Source: Tubiluchus corallicola (lineage: Eukaryota; Animalia; Priapulida). Taken from it: 64,000 nucleotides of DNA. A program made the position numbers and the translations under genes. The notes under the pieces are model-generated. The model was given only the letters and a program-made list of their open reading frames with translations. It was not told where the DNA came from and did no database searches. The stretch is taken from the NCBI GenBank assembly GCA_030141605.1, contig JAQGDQ010000336.1:124001-188000 (forward strand), in the 5' to 3' direction. Of the stretch, positions 49,201 through 58,832 are shown piece by piece. Every line of letters starts with the position of its first letter. Within the stretch, counting starts at the first letter, position 1.

Positions 49201-51657
49201 AAATGCTAATTTAATTTTCATATTCCTGTATAATTATATAGGAATATAGCTGATTTGTCTCATTTGTGTTTTTTATACGCAAATTTCAATTTAAAGGACC
49301 ATTAAACCTCAATAACTTTACAGATGAAACATAAAAGTCCAATGCATTTGCTATATGAGAAATACTCATTGTAGATAAAAATGCATTGTGTCGTGAATTC
49401 CGAGAGCCAATATAGCTATTTTTTGCCTACTGTATGTGATATTAATTGGTAAATTTAAAGTTTCACATTTAAAGAAAAATCCCCAGGCTCCACAAAGCTG
49501 CTATACTATAACATTAATTTATGTTCAAAATGTTGATGTGCCATTTCGTTTTCTGCTACCAGATTAATCGAGTCACATCTCTGTGAAGTTTTTGTTTCGT
49601 TTTAAAATTACAAATCATGCTAACAGTAGTTTATTATCCAGGAATAGAGCGCTTGTGAAAAAGGAAGCTTCCAGACCTCCTGAACCATACAGCAGCGACA
49701 GTGAGTCTATATTAGAATGCAGACCAGGAAAAGAGCAGCCATCTGGTAATTTTTAAGTTTTCTTGTCATGTTTCTCCTCTATATTTTTACGGCGAACTTG
49801 TACAGAAATTGCAACCATGACTAGCTGGTTCTAAAGCTTATTATCTTAATCCATTTAACGTATTGTAAAATAACGTTGTCACTCTTGAAATGAAAAGTAT
49901 GAGACTGTATATGATAAAAAAATGTTCTCTATTGGGACTCTTTAATTGCCTGGCCTCTGTAGTATAAAACACTATTGCAATTCTACGATAACTGTACTTG
50001 GGTGGACTTGGTTCGAGAAACAGTGGAGTCGATTTTTTTAAAAAAAATTCTGTCTGATTGCTGAGAAGTACAGAATTTATTTACATACTAGTGCTTAGTG
50101 GAGTTTTCCAATAAATGATTGTTCTTATAGGTTTGCCAAATGCGTTCTATCCTAGTGGCGTTTACAACAACGTTGTTCTAGCTGATGCCGAGTCCTCAGA
50201 TCAAAGTGAACGATCATTACAAAACAGCAGCACGGAACATTTGTACAAGAACACGCAACGTAACCGCAATAATCTCTCACCTAATGGCATCTCTGTCAGC
50301 AGAGAGAAACTCCGAAAAGATGACAGCCCAACTGACCCGAAGAAAAAGAAACATGTGACGATAGGTGGGACAGAAGAAGTTGATGACTGGGGCGGGGAGC
50401 ATCCTCAGACAGATTCACAAGTGGAGGTAATTTGTCCACATTGCGGGCGCGTTTGCAATTATGCATCGTATATATTAATTTCGGTGGTATGTATGTATAT
50501 ATATTTTTGGACGCTTTTCGCCCCCCCCCCGTTCGTCCCGGTGGGCCCGATTCGAAAAATTAAGAATACAAGAATCGGGCCCCACCATTTGCGGTGATAT
50601 CAAATGAAGGGTCTCGATCTAGTGTCGTGCCATTGGGGTTTATTTTTCGAATCGGGCCCACCGGGAGGAACGGGGGGCGAAAAACCTCCAAAAATGGCCA
50701 TTTTTCGGCCGTTTTAGCAAAACTTATACCTCTTATTTCTGGAGAACGGGAACCGTGCCGGGGGCGGTGCCAGACATGGGATAGATAGCCCGTTCAGCGG
50801 TGGGTGTAGTAGGCCTATTTAGAAATCGCGAGAGGGCCACGGCGTCCCGTAATGGACGTTTTCCCGGACCCAACTCGCGATTTTTTCGAAATTTTGGTCA
50901 AACGGCCCGTAGAAAAACGTTCTAGCGGCGCTTAGTGTGACTCTCGAAAGGAGATATATAGCTCCTTAGAAAGAGGAAGAACAGGGCTACGCGATGATGT
51001 GGGCCATATTTTAGGACACGTCTATCAAGAGGAGTGACGACGAGTTAATTGGATGTTCCATTTTTGGCAAATTTCGCTTGGAAAACTGCTGACGCAAAGC
51101 CGTTGTTCTGACGTCATCCATTATATTCTGCCTATGACTTTTAATCAGCTGCTGCTGCTGTCTTTGTGTTAGGTAAATAAACGAACACTAGGTAGGATGT
51201 TCACGCATTGTTGATTATAAGTGGATTTATACGCAAATTTTTTTGCGGGGCCTTTGCTAGTCTATATGGTTGTGGTTCAGTTAGTTTAAAGTATTTTTAA
51301 GGGGTGAAGATATAAATCACGGTTATTAAGAAACAGAACAAACAGCATGTATGTGACTCACACTAGGCCTTACAATATGGCATAAGCGTGATAGAGATTA
51401 CTGAGTCTTAGGCAAATCACATAATTCAAGACGCAGTCCAGTAAACTGCAACAAGTGCCGATTTGCTTATATATTTTCTTAGGTCAGTATATTTTTACAG
51501 AACATAATAATTATGCACATAATTCTCATAATTCTGTGAAAAACAAATCTTCTTTTTGTTTCAGACAATTTTAGACCCTAACGTAAGCGTGGAACCACTT
51601 TACGATTATGATGATACACCAGTGTCTTCCAAACCAGATTTGACTATTTATTTCTGA
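22186..51657 (+). CDS. Multi-exon cadherin-related protein (PCDH15/Cad99C/CDHR5-like): signal peptide, 5 EC repeats, TM helix, cytoplasmic tail with PDZ-binding-like C-terminus; ~748 aa
   Basis: 18 GT-AG exons with consistent phases: 22186-22252, 22590-22655, 23073-23206, 23961-24041, 24680-24772, 26937-27041, 27283-27384, 28721-28846, 29368-29458, 30584-30852, 31944-32014, 32305-32389, 32823-32998, 34105-34280, 39182-39293, 49642-49745, 50131-50426, 51565-51657 (2247 nt including stop). Cadherin motifs include DVNDNAP, AADND, LDFRE, DEDNLNP, AEDQD, NENKPQF, ENVPIGS, AHDAD and NTNNQNP. Confidence 0.88.
22590..22655 (+). CDS. Cadherin exon 2 (start of EC1)
   Basis: Acceptor TTTTTCAG|; [22 protein letters not shown]; donor |GTAATT. 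Confidence 0.8.
23073..23206 (+). CDS. Cadherin exon 3 (EC1)
   Basis: Acceptor TTCTAG|; [18 protein letters not shown]...[20 protein letters not shown]; donor |GTGAGT. Confidence 0.82.
23368..23382 (+). CDS. Candidate 15-nt in-frame microexon (SFHAL) in cadherin EC1
   Basis: Strong polypyrimidine acceptor ATTTTCTATTTTTTTAG| and donor |GTGAGT; phase 0-0, matching both flanking exons. Confidence 0.45.
23961..24041 (+). CDS. Cadherin exon 4 (EC1, second Cys)
   Basis: Acceptor TTGTTATTCAG|; [27 protein letters not shown]; donor |GTAAAT. Confidence 0.78.
24680..24772 (+). CDS. Cadherin exon 5 (EC1/EC2 linker)
   Basis: [31 protein letters not shown], containing the DxNDNxP motif. Confidence 0.92.
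25400..25895 (-). mobile_element. Second, more decayed copy of the Tc1/mariner element
   Basis: Shares GTACACTTTCTCTTTAAGGGAATT, GACCATGATGTAAACTG and TAGTCTAAACTTCG...TTTTTG with 15082-15662. Left boundary is approximate. Confidence 0.7.
26937..27041 (+). CDS. Cadherin exon 6 (EC2)
   Basis: [35 protein letters not shown]; donor |GTGAGT. Confidence 0.9.
27283..27384 (+). CDS. Cadherin exon 7 (EC2)
   Basis: [34 protein letters not shown]; donor |GTAAGT. Confidence 0.9.
27630..28296. mobile_element. Kolobok-like non-autonomous DNA transposon, copy 1
   Basis: TTAA|AGCCCAAGAAAA ... TTTTCTTGGCCT|TTAA: TTAA TSD, AG...CT ends and short TIRs. Homologous along its length to 29910-30521. Confidence 0.78.
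28721..28846 (+). CDS. Cadherin exon 8 (EC2/EC3)
   Basis: [42 protein letters not shown]; donor |GTAAGT. Confidence 0.9.
29368..29458 (+). CDS. Cadherin exon 9 (EC3)
   Basis: [30 protein letters not shown]; the PxPIxAxDxD pattern recalls EC3 of PCDH15/Cad99C/CDHR5. Confidence 0.9.
29910..30521. mobile_element. Kolobok-like non-autonomous DNA transposon, copy 2
   Basis: CTAA|AGCACAGGAAAACCCTCCACTT ... TTTTCTTGTCCT|TTAA; same orientation as copy 1, with small deletions. Confidence 0.78.
30584..30852 (+). CDS. Cadherin exon 10 (EC3/EC4)
   Basis: [17 protein letters not shown]...[37 protein letters not shown]; donor |GTATGT. Confidence 0.92.
30870..31575. mobile_element. MITE-like element with tandem subterminal inverted units and a central (AACCCT)n tract, interrupted by a LINE fragment
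   Basis: Left arm has CAGGTAAAAAAGTAA/GTCA units (30870-30935). Right arm has complementary TGTAACTTTTTAC/GTGACTTTTTTCCTG units (31510-31575). CCTAACCCT tracts occur at about 30946 and 31468-31495. Confidence 0.55.
30957..31467 (+). mobile_element. 5'-truncated LINE 3' end (L2/Daphne-like ORF2 C-terminus plus 3' UTR)
   Basis: ORF 30962-31297 reads [13 protein letters not shown]...[15 protein letters not shown]...[13 protein letters not shown], resembling the post-RT C-terminus of CR1-group LINEs. AATAAA at 31442 and a (TCAA)3 tail at 31456-31467. Confidence 0.65.
31944..32014 (+). CDS. Cadherin exon 11 (EC4)
   Basis: [23 protein letters not shown]; phase-2 donor. Confidence 0.88.
32305..32389 (+). 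CDS. Cadherin exon 12 (EC4)
   Basis: [29 protein letters not shown]; donor |GTGAGT. Confidence 0.88.
32823..32998 (+). CDS. Cadherin exon 13 (EC4/EC5)
   Basis: [20 protein letters not shown]...[23 protein letters not shown]; donor |GTAAGT. Confidence 0.9.
34105..34280 (+). CDS. Cadherin exon 14 (EC5)
   Basis: [13 protein letters not shown]...[12 protein letters not shown]...[16 protein letters not shown]; donor |GTAAGT. Confidence 0.88.
35124..38054 (-). CDS. Intronless secreted multidomain serine protease: signal peptide, 15 Notch-type EGF repeats, 1 CCP/sushi domain, S1A trypsin domain (976 aa)
   Basis: Single uninterrupted ORF with a hydrophobic leader [17 protein letters not shown]. 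It has 15 six-Cys EGF units and a CCP domain (CGEPP...YSCEFGY...C...GQWS...PRC). The protease starts ILGG and has an intact triad ([21 protein letters not shown]). Confidence 0.95.
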   Translation of the reverse strand: MFTACQILLLFACGVSAQIDIQEQIRNDPELCKQLEFLLGIECNSFAATVQIIGCESSPCLNGGTCIDLASGTYSCFCPSGYTGNTCDKKDACAPNPCKNGATCSQIGDTTVYTCSCLPGLTGTLCEINDVCSSSPCLNGGTCRETAPGRYRCLCSGLYSGRRCQEISACASAPCKNGGECFSNGRFFTCSCVGGYAGSTCEIKPFDPCGGNPCLNGGTCISVDESFVCNCPSFYTGTNCEMNDQQNLCRLAPCLNGGTCLEAPSSALGFACDCPSPYSGAICQKRRQDPCQSAPCQNGGSCKNSGSSFTCDCPLDYAGGLCEVRRQLPNFCASFPCRNGGSCVNGNSSFICNCLSSFSGPRCDQTKDFCASSPCRNGGSCITLTNSFICICTVTHTGSLCENGRDFCASLPCQNGGSCQNFGDNFKCSCPAMYTGTECETEMPQANVCDSSPCLNGGICRSEDAQLLCECTDKFVGERCQTEMQVVDEAICSPKNNPCLNQGLCLTISESTYICLCRPGFTGDNCESDFCSSEPCRNGGTCRNLVQNYECQCENGFTGRNCDRQISPCLSAPCKNGGLCEASVSSYTCLCPKGYIGNNCESKELNPCIQNPCKNGGICRQLLQGKFDCFCVGAYKGDACEEPASEIACGEPPRLVRKASSTSIAFGPGVNPSSLPAGWYPPGTQAQYSCEFGYIIQGSSTASCGSDGQWSNVNQVPRCVPECGTKDPSIRRTILGGNFTVPCEWPWQVALYHRGAFRCGGSLISENWVLTAAHCVVVRSTGRLLLASDLEVGIGKHKSARDANEANAQFFNVERLVSNPSFDEQLYNDLALIKLNGLVEIGKCARTICLPSGRSRPPSPGEQLTVTGWGVTANGKQPPSPELLEANLPIVEHSECQRVFKPYEIMGDTQMCAGFDDRRADACRGDSGGPLVRAEGKRYVQYGIVSGGGSLCARDKYSFYTRIQAFLIFIQDTILK
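39182..39293 (+). CDS. Cadherin exon 15 (transmembrane helix)
   Basis: Acceptor TTTTATTTTAG|; [36 protein letters not shown]; donor |GTAAGT. Confidence 0.9.
39305..39340. mobile_element. 36-bp palindromic mini-element with a 7-bp TSD (P-element-like ends)
   Basis: CAGAGAGGT...ACCTCTCTG flanked by GTATAAG at 39298-39304 and 39341-39347. Confidence 0.6.
39561..39847. mobile_element. hAT-type MITE inside the 3' LTR
   Basis: TIRs CAGGGCCTATTTCAG / CTGACATAGGCCCTG; 8-bp TSD GTCTCACT at 39553-39560 and 39848-39855. Confidence 0.88.
40211..40370. repeat. Exact 80-bp tandem duplication in the 3' LTR, containing a TATA-like box
   Basis: 40211-40290 is identical to 40291-40370; the 5' LTR has only one copy (about 48220-48299). 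Confidence 0.93.
41112..47103 (-). pseudogene. BEL/Pao gag-pol polyprotein pseudogene (about 7 frameshifts)
   Basis: Gag fragments 46687-47103, 46044-46958 ([22 protein letters not shown]), 45806-46072 and 45292-45852 (3 Zn knuckles). Protease 44789-45316 (LDSGS). RT 43249-44730 (CDIEKAF, YVDN). RNase H and IN-HHCC 42035-43447. IN core 41112-42194 (SDN, GGVYERL). Confidence 0.93.
47337..47354 (-). promoter_or_regulatory. Primer-binding site of the retrotransposon
   Basis: Minus-strand TGGTGCTGAAAG directly abuts the 5' LTR end. The TGG is complementary to tRNA CCA; the first ~11 nt resemble a tRNA-Phe 3' complement, but the tRNA identity is uncertain. Confidence 0.7.
47355..48491 (-). repeat. 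5' LTR (1137 bp)
   Basis: Direct repeat of 39355-40579 with scattered substitutions and several indels. Confidence 0.93.
47559..47855. mobile_element. hAT-type MITE inside the 5' LTR (same site as in the 3' LTR)
   Basis: Perfect 15-bp TIRs CAGGGCCTATTTCAG / CTGAAATAGGCCCTG; TSD GTCTCACT at 47551-47558 and 47856-47863. Confidence 0.9.
49025..49200 (+). mobile_element. Possible decayed tRNA-derived SINE
   Basis: Pol III B-box-like GGTTCAAATCC at about 49074-49084, with an A-box-like TGGTATAGCT about 45 nt upstream. No intact cloverleaf. Confidence 0.35.
49642..49745 (+). CDS. Cadherin exon 16 (cytoplasmic)
   Basis: Acceptor TTATCCAG|; [34 protein letters not shown]; phases 2 and 1 match the neighbouring exons. 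Confidence 0.8.
50131..50426 (+). CDS. Cadherin exon 17 (cytoplasmic)
   Basis: Acceptor TTCTTATAG|; [14 protein letters not shown]...[30 protein letters not shown]; donor |GTAATT. Confidence 0.85.
50431..51261 (+). mobile_element. Helentron/HINE (DINE-1-like) non-autonomous element with an internal palindrome
   Basis: GC-rich island starting TTGTCCAC, with a (TATG)n tract and an internal inverted repeat at 50504-50695. The 3' end has GTGGA, a CGCAAA-TTTT-TTTGCG hairpin and a terminal CTAG|T. Confidence 0.55.
51565..51657 (+). CDS. Cadherin terminal exon 18
   Basis: Acceptor TTTTTGTTTCAG|; [30 protein letters not shown]. Confidence 0.85.
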   Translation, partial: TILDPNVSVEPLYDYDDTPVSSKPDLTIYF

Positions 51658-53293
51658 TCGATAGATATTTGATTAGATAACTGTGAATCATGTTGTGTAA
51701 TGAAACAGCTACGAAGCTGATTCAATCGACGGGCAGCTGACTATTTATGAAGTATGTAACGATACAGAATTAAAGTGCCTTGTCATTTATAATATGAAAC
51801 AAAGTGTTTTCTGCAAAAGTGAAAGCTGAACTGATTTTGGTGTTACACAATTTTGTATGACAGATGTGGTATGGACATTCATTGTAGACAGAAAGTTTTG
51901 GAGAAACTGAGCTAATAATGTCTTCTTATAAATATTAGTTCAAGTGTGGCATTTTAAAAACTTATTGTCTCGTAACTTGTAAAAATTATAAATTGTAAAT
52001 GATTACAATGTGTTTTATTGTATATAGTTGTAAATAATTATGACATGTATTGAGTAAAATGTTAGAATTGAAGCTTTCACGCAACTTTATGTTTTACACA
52101 GCGAATTTACATTTCTTGTTTGAAATTAACTGTTACAGAAGGCAGTACAGTAGGCCACAGAATAGCTGTACTGTCTAGATACCAAAAGTTTTTAGCAATT
52201 CTATTTTTTCTGACTGGGCGTCTCAACTATCCACTTTTGACTTTTAGTCTGCGGGGCTGTGACTTGTGGTTGAACTTCCCAGAGCTTTCGAGATGCAACC
52301 AGAAAACTTGTTCTAATGGTGGTGGTCTGCTCGGTGGTGTTTGTTGCGTGAAAACGGTGACAGTAGGTGTGTGCAACAAAAATTTTGATGGCACCGAAAT
52401 AACATGTTTGCTACCCAAAGGTATTGTAATATATCATGCTTGAGATAATGCGGATTGCGCTGGGTTAGTAGAGCTAAGATGAAAGTCAACTGAAGGTCAC
52501 GAGAAATCGTATAGACTTATAACGCTGTAGGCCTGCGTTTGCTTTCTAGCTACATTCACTGCCGTCTCTATACGTGAACCGTTTTGGAGCATTGGCTGAT
52601 TATATGAAATAGCCAACGACAAGGGCTGAAGGCTGCGTATTATACCTAGCTTTTGTCATTGCTTTAGCTGTCCAGAAGAAAATAACAGATGAAAGAGGTG
52701 AAAATCCGATTATAAGCAGAATAACACTAGAAGATGGAAAAGTGAAAAATTTTTGGGTATAATTAAAAGTTTTTACATTAAATACAAATTAAAAACAATA
52801 GCAGACACGTTCGATGCGAATAGGGCTATTTTATGCTTTTTATATAAAACTTAAACGACTGTGGTGCTTGATTTGATACAATGACCATGGCTGTTGACCA
52901 TAAAAGTAGTGCCCGATTTTTTTCGATCCGCAAACAAAGTGTGGGTCAGTCTGTAATAATTATTACTACAAAAATAATTGATACTAGACATACAGTATAA
53001 GGAGCATCGTGTTTATTTTTCATTTTCTTTCAAATTACTTTTTTTCCGTAAACGAAAATTATCTTCCGCACCCAATAGGCTCGCATTTATTACGTGTTTC
53101 GCCCACTATAGGCTAACGATTAAGAATTTCAAGGTTTTAATAATTTGTAAGCTTATGCACAGAGAAACGTTATCACCTATTATAAACACGATTTTGTTTG
53201 CAAGCTGAATTACTGTTCTTGTAAATTCTGTAAACGTTAGCTTGTATTTAAATAACTGAAGTAACGATTGTTTTCGTATCTTTGCGAAAGAAT

Positions 53294-53340
53294 AATAAAC
53301 ATTTATTCGTGTACAGTGTGTACTTTGTTTTGTTTTTGAG
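53294..53340 (+). terminator. Candidate polyadenylation signal of the cadherin mRNA
   Basis: AATAAA at 53294 followed by a GT/T-rich downstream element (GTGTGTACTTTGTTTTGTTTTTG). This would imply a ~1.65-kb 3' UTR. Confidence 0.35.
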
Positions 53341-55089
53341 GTTGTGGCGAGTTTACAACATATGGCTTTTAGAAAACTTACTTATTTTTTGTAATTTCTT
53401 GATTTGAGATGTGACACATTTGCACACAGTATGTGAATGTTGCAAATTTCGAAAATCTGTGTGTTGTAATTTGAGCACCGTTAAGAAGTAATTAAGAATC
53501 AGGCGTCTAAAAATAACACCCGGATGCGGACCTACGCAAACACAAGACAGTCAGGACGCTAGACCATTATAATGTTGTTTCAGAGTCACTCCGTCTAGAG
53601 CAAGAGACACTTAATCCTGATTTCATCGAAATGGATAAACGTTCTTTCAGCATACTGTTTTCCACAAACAACTCTCAAAAATGAAGTTAAAAAGAAACTT
53701 AGGAAAACAAAAAGCAATATCACGCAAAACGACATCCGCGAGTGCACCTCACTGAGAAAGGAACAAATGAGGACAGTTTGCGAAAGGGAAGGTTGTCAGT
53801 TTAATTTCTTCAAAGTTTCTTGTAAGTGTAAATTCATTTTCCCCGAAACGTCTTTATAATTATTTCCAAAGTAATTAAACACAAAGTCCAAATCGTTCAA
53901 CCTGCCAAATGAAAGGTCTTGGTGAGCTGATTTGAATAGTATAAGTTGATAGGAGATTCGTTGACCTTTAGCCACGGGTCACTTGTTGAAAAATTACGAT
54001 TTCATTGTGAAGTGCAATTCTTAGTTAATCAAGCAATGCGAATTCAATAAAATGATGATAACGAAAGCAAAAATTATGACCTTCAAACAAAAGGCTGTTG
54101 TCATTTCAAAGTCGATTTCTGTAACAATTGTTTGCAGAATCTTCAGTTTCTGACCACGTCACAAACATTGTCAATTAGTTTATGTTTTTGCATTTTAATT
54201 GCGTGTTTGTAGCACGAAAGTATAATAAACAAATATCATAAAAGAGCAACAGTGAAAAATTGTGACAGATTTTGTCCGCACTATGGACAATATTTGACGA
54301 GAAGACCTTAGTTATTCACTGTATCAGTGGTCAACCTTTTTGGTCAACCAGTTGGCTTTCAGAAGAAAACGTCGGGACCCCTCTACATTCTACGGACATC
54401 TATTTGGCATTTGAGTAGGTGTGCATGTTGTTCCTGGTGTTTTTCCAAATATTAAATAGAGGACGAGAAAAGACAATTCTGTTGAAATCGCTTTTTTAAA
54501 TCATTTCCCACTCTTTGACAGAACTTTCTCCTAATTCACAAAAAGGATATATAAAGCATTTCAGAAGTCACTGTCTTGTGGTAAACTTTTGTTCAGTAAT
54601 TAAGAACTATTTTAGTCGACATTTGAGGTCTTGCGTCGTGTTACCACTGATAATGTACTAATTGTCTGATATTGTAATACAGAAAAAATGCATAATGTAA
54701 TAAAAATCAACTCATGATATAATAAAAAAACTAACGCATAATGTAGTAATTGAAGTTTGTGGCATATTGTGACGCCACATTACAACCACCCAACACATCT
54801 CCCACACACCCGCACGCACACACAATGAACAGACCAATATTCAAAAGTATATAAAAAAATTCTAAATTCTTTAGCGTATTTCATCTTTTATCTCTGTAAA
54901 TACTGTGCAGGTCAGCTAACTCCTAGTCCTATCGCACCTTCACGGCTGTTGAATATATACCTAAATGAGTAAAACAGGAGATGCAGGCTCCGCAAGGACA
55001 AGCGGCGTGTTGTGTTAAATTAAGGTATTTCAGAAATACATTAAAATTATAGTGCAGTGCAGTAAACGAATAAACGAATGCTAAAGGCA

Positions 55090-55100
<11 letters not shown>

Positions 55101-55182
<82 letters not shown>

Positions 55183-55197
55183 AGAAGAGAGAGAGAG

Positions 55198-55271
<74 letters not shown>

Positions 55272-55274
55272 AGA
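55101..55274. repeat. (GA)n microsatellite
   Basis: About 170 bp of GA repeat; explains the poly-RE and poly-SL ORFs. Confidence 0.95.
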
Positions 55275-55877
55275 GAATTATATTGAGAAAAAATAGAAAC
55301 AGAACAATAGCAATATAACATTAAAGGAGCAGGTTAGTTGAGTAATTGAGCTGATATTACTATATCTCATATTATATAGTATACTATTATATCTCAATTA
55401 TATTACTATTACTCATCACACATGAACAGCGTTGTGATGCCAAAGAATCGAGTAGCTAACTTGTATCACCTTTAGATTTCAACAAATAAAAAATATTTTA
55501 TTATACGTAAGAAAATTGTATCTATTTAATATTTAAATTAATTTTGCTAGTTGTTATACATCATCGGTTAGAATTTTTGTTATTACATAATGCGTTTTGT
55601 GGTGTTAACGATGTATGTTAAACTTCCGGTTATTACATTTTGCGTTTTGGTGGCATTATATTATGCGTTTGTTTTTTTTGTTATATTATCAGATTTCTAT
55701 TACATTATCGGCTATTTATTTACTACGTAGACGTAGACTCCAAAATTGTTAACAGTTTCTTGAAACACACTATATTTGGCAATATAGAAAGAAAAGCTAT
55801 CTTGAATAGGTTAGTGAATCAGCGACTGAAAACACTTTCTATGCATGGCAGGGTTGACCACTTAGTTAGCTATCTAG

Positions 55878-55975
55878 TCATTCATTCATTCATTCATTCA
55901 TTCATTCATTCATTCATTCATTCATTCATTCATTCATTCATTCATTCTGTCAGTCAGTCAGTCGGTCAGTCAGCA
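55878..55975. repeat. (TTCA)n followed by (GTCA)n microsatellite
   Basis: Read directly from the sequence. Confidence 0.9.
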
Positions 55976-58026
55976 ACCATTTAATTAGAACTATTTGTGA
56001 ACTTTATTTACTTAATTTTATAGGTAGCAAGGTACATAACTTGTCTACATGGTAATGCTGTGAACTAAAATGTAATTGCGTTTTAGCTAACTGTAACTTT
56101 ATAATAACACGAAGTTATTTAATTGTCTATTTAGGCATTTATTTATGCAAATATTTGTGTGAAATTGCGTGTGTTTGCGAAGATAGGAACTTATTTGTTC
56201 GAAATAAAGTAAATCAGTCAATCGTTCAATCAGTCATAGGTGATTACAAAATTGACAATTATATCGATCAGTCGGCTGAAAAACCGTTGAACCTAGTAAG
56301 AACAGTTTTTCTAGCACTCTCTTTTTAGCACCGTGAGATTTTTATGTTAATATTATTTTTTTGTTGAAAGTTAAGCGTTATGTATGAACGACGTGTAAGA
56401 GCCAAAAAATTCAGTGTGTCTGCTGGCAGGAATGGATAAATGACCAACCTTCAGGAAGAATTAATATAGCAGATGAGTTTCTAAGATAAATGAAGATGGT
56501 TTCCAAAATGTTGAAGGAAGAACAAGCATGTAATATTACTTTATGTGTGCTACTGGTGTGTTCTTTCGGAATGTTGGAATCATTTAAGATACGCGAATTT
56601 AACCTCAAAGCAGAGGAAACCGCGTGACACATATAAACCAAAGAAAAACATTCAACTGATTGAAGTTTCCTTTTCCTTAAATCAACACCCAGCTTTGCAA
56701 CGCATCTGTACAACCTAAACCACGCAGCGAGCCTCGTGGCACCTTCATTAAATTAACAATTAATGTATTCGGACAATAATACAGACAGGAATAGGGTGTA
56801 TTTGCTCAGTCTCGGCAGCACAATGTATCAAATCAACAATATTTACAAACGCTGAAAACACGGCTTGTGTACACTGCAGTCCGGCGTGATTTTCTAGTCG
56901 AAAAGCGACGGAAAGGCGAAATTTCGGGATTGTTTAGCAAAGTTCAGATACCTCTGCATGTAATTATCTATACGCGTGCATTTGTGTGCCCTGCCATTCC
57001 AAAGACAATAGGTATGTGACCGCCAATAATATTTACACTGCCCGTCTATCAGATTCCTTCTCGTACAAATAAACACGAGCTCGTCACTATTCTTTACTAA
57101 TGAGATAATCGCTTGTTTTTCCAAGTTGTCAGTAAGCATCCACCACCGACCAATATCGGCCATCGACCTGTCTGTATCTATTATTACTGTTAATAATATT
57201 CTTCACTTATTATTTTTTTGATATGGCGACTTCCGTACTCCAGTTTCCCGTTGTGTAAAACGGTTTTTACGCCACATGAATGCAATTGACTTTCTGGAAA
57301 GGGAAAACGTATGACTCTCAGAACATTGCTATACGCAATTATAAAATTGTTTAGTGTCGTTGCACTATCTAAAATTGATCATCTAAGTTACTAATTTGCT
57401 GTTTGATAGCAAACGTTTTTCTTCATCTTAAACAACTCCTAAGCCAATAATGCCATAATTCCGTGATTAGGAGCAAAAATACTTTTCGTGAACAGCGTAT
57501 AAACTTTACACAAAAGAACAACGCATTATAGGCTTAACTTATTAAGCAAAAAAGCTGAGCAATCCGAGAGAAAATTTGCCACTTATCGCTTACACAGGAA
57601 CAGCTGATGCGTGAAACTATCACAAATGAGTTAAGTGGTAGAACTACGTCAAAACTACATTTTGCAAGAGAGAATGGAAGTTCACAAATGTCTTTGCTCT
57701 TGTAGGAGAGGTCAGACTATTAATCAACTGATACTAGCTCTAAAATTGATGGCAAAAAACAAACAATGCAGCAATGTCCAATGGAACATTAAAAAGAAAA
57801 CTTATATTGATTTAATTAAATACCATTTTAAGGAAGAAATTTTTCATAAACTCGCAATAGTGCAATGCGTTGCGATATGTCTATATGCTTAGGTTACATT
57901 ACAATGCAAGATATAAACGATATCAGCAAGAGAATTTCTGCATCTTGTGTGATAACTCTTAATTATTGAACTCTTACAAAGAAGTGATATTTGCAGAAGA
58001 TAAGTGATGTAATGCTAGCTGCTCGA

Positions 58027-58042
58027 CCACTAGATGGCGGTA
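58027..58042 (+). promoter_or_regulatory. CTCF-like motif
   Basis: CCACTAGATGGCGGTA matches the core CCASYAGRKGGCRS. Confidence 0.4.
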
Positions 58043-58832
58043 GTATAGTATAATCAAACGCTCCAAAAGGGCCAAGTTTTCAAACCTAGAGCGGCGTGCA
58101 CTGTAGGAACTGGGTTTAAGCAGTACACGTTATACATGGCAGATCAGGCGTTTAGTGACAACCGAATCAACGAAAAGCATGATGGCACAAAAAACTCGGT
58201 CGGTGGATTAATGTGGTCGTCCACGATTGATCGTATTTGAGATGAAGCTTTGAAGCCCCGTCTATCACGTGACAAAAACCTACTGCCTTTTCAGAAGAGA
58301 GATCGTTCCCAATTATTTCTGTATGGTCTATACCGAAATGCAATATGTGCATTGAAATTTACGTGTTTCTTTCAATATTTTTAGTTGAAATTAGTTTAGA
58401 GGGGCACATTTTTAGGCGACACAAAGTTTCAAATCTATGACTAAATTCACGCCGTTGAGTCACTTTCACTAAGAACATGCTTAATGTTCATTTATCAACC
58501 ACCATTTTTTCACTTTAAGTCATTTGCAGTCTCCTAACAGGTCTAATTTTTAAATTGGTATAAATTTTGCGTACTCTATAACGGCTTGTAGACACATGGT
58601 CCTCTGTTCTGGTTTAGCAACAGGTGCATTAATTATATGTAGGTTGCAAAAAAACAATAAGATGTAATAAGGTATTTCTTAAAGTTAAATATACTCCTAC
58701 TTTAATTTAATATTTCAACCGTTCCATTCCTCAAATAGCATATAGCTCAGTCTAAAACCTTTGTATTCGTTCACAACAGTTTTGAACTGCATACTTGCTT
58801 TGATTACACACTGATAAGCAGCCCTTGGTGAC

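Noticed and set aside
52120-52443. Overlapping ORFs downstream of the cadherin stop
   Set aside because: No recognisable motif or convincing splice context; probably cadherin 3' UTR.
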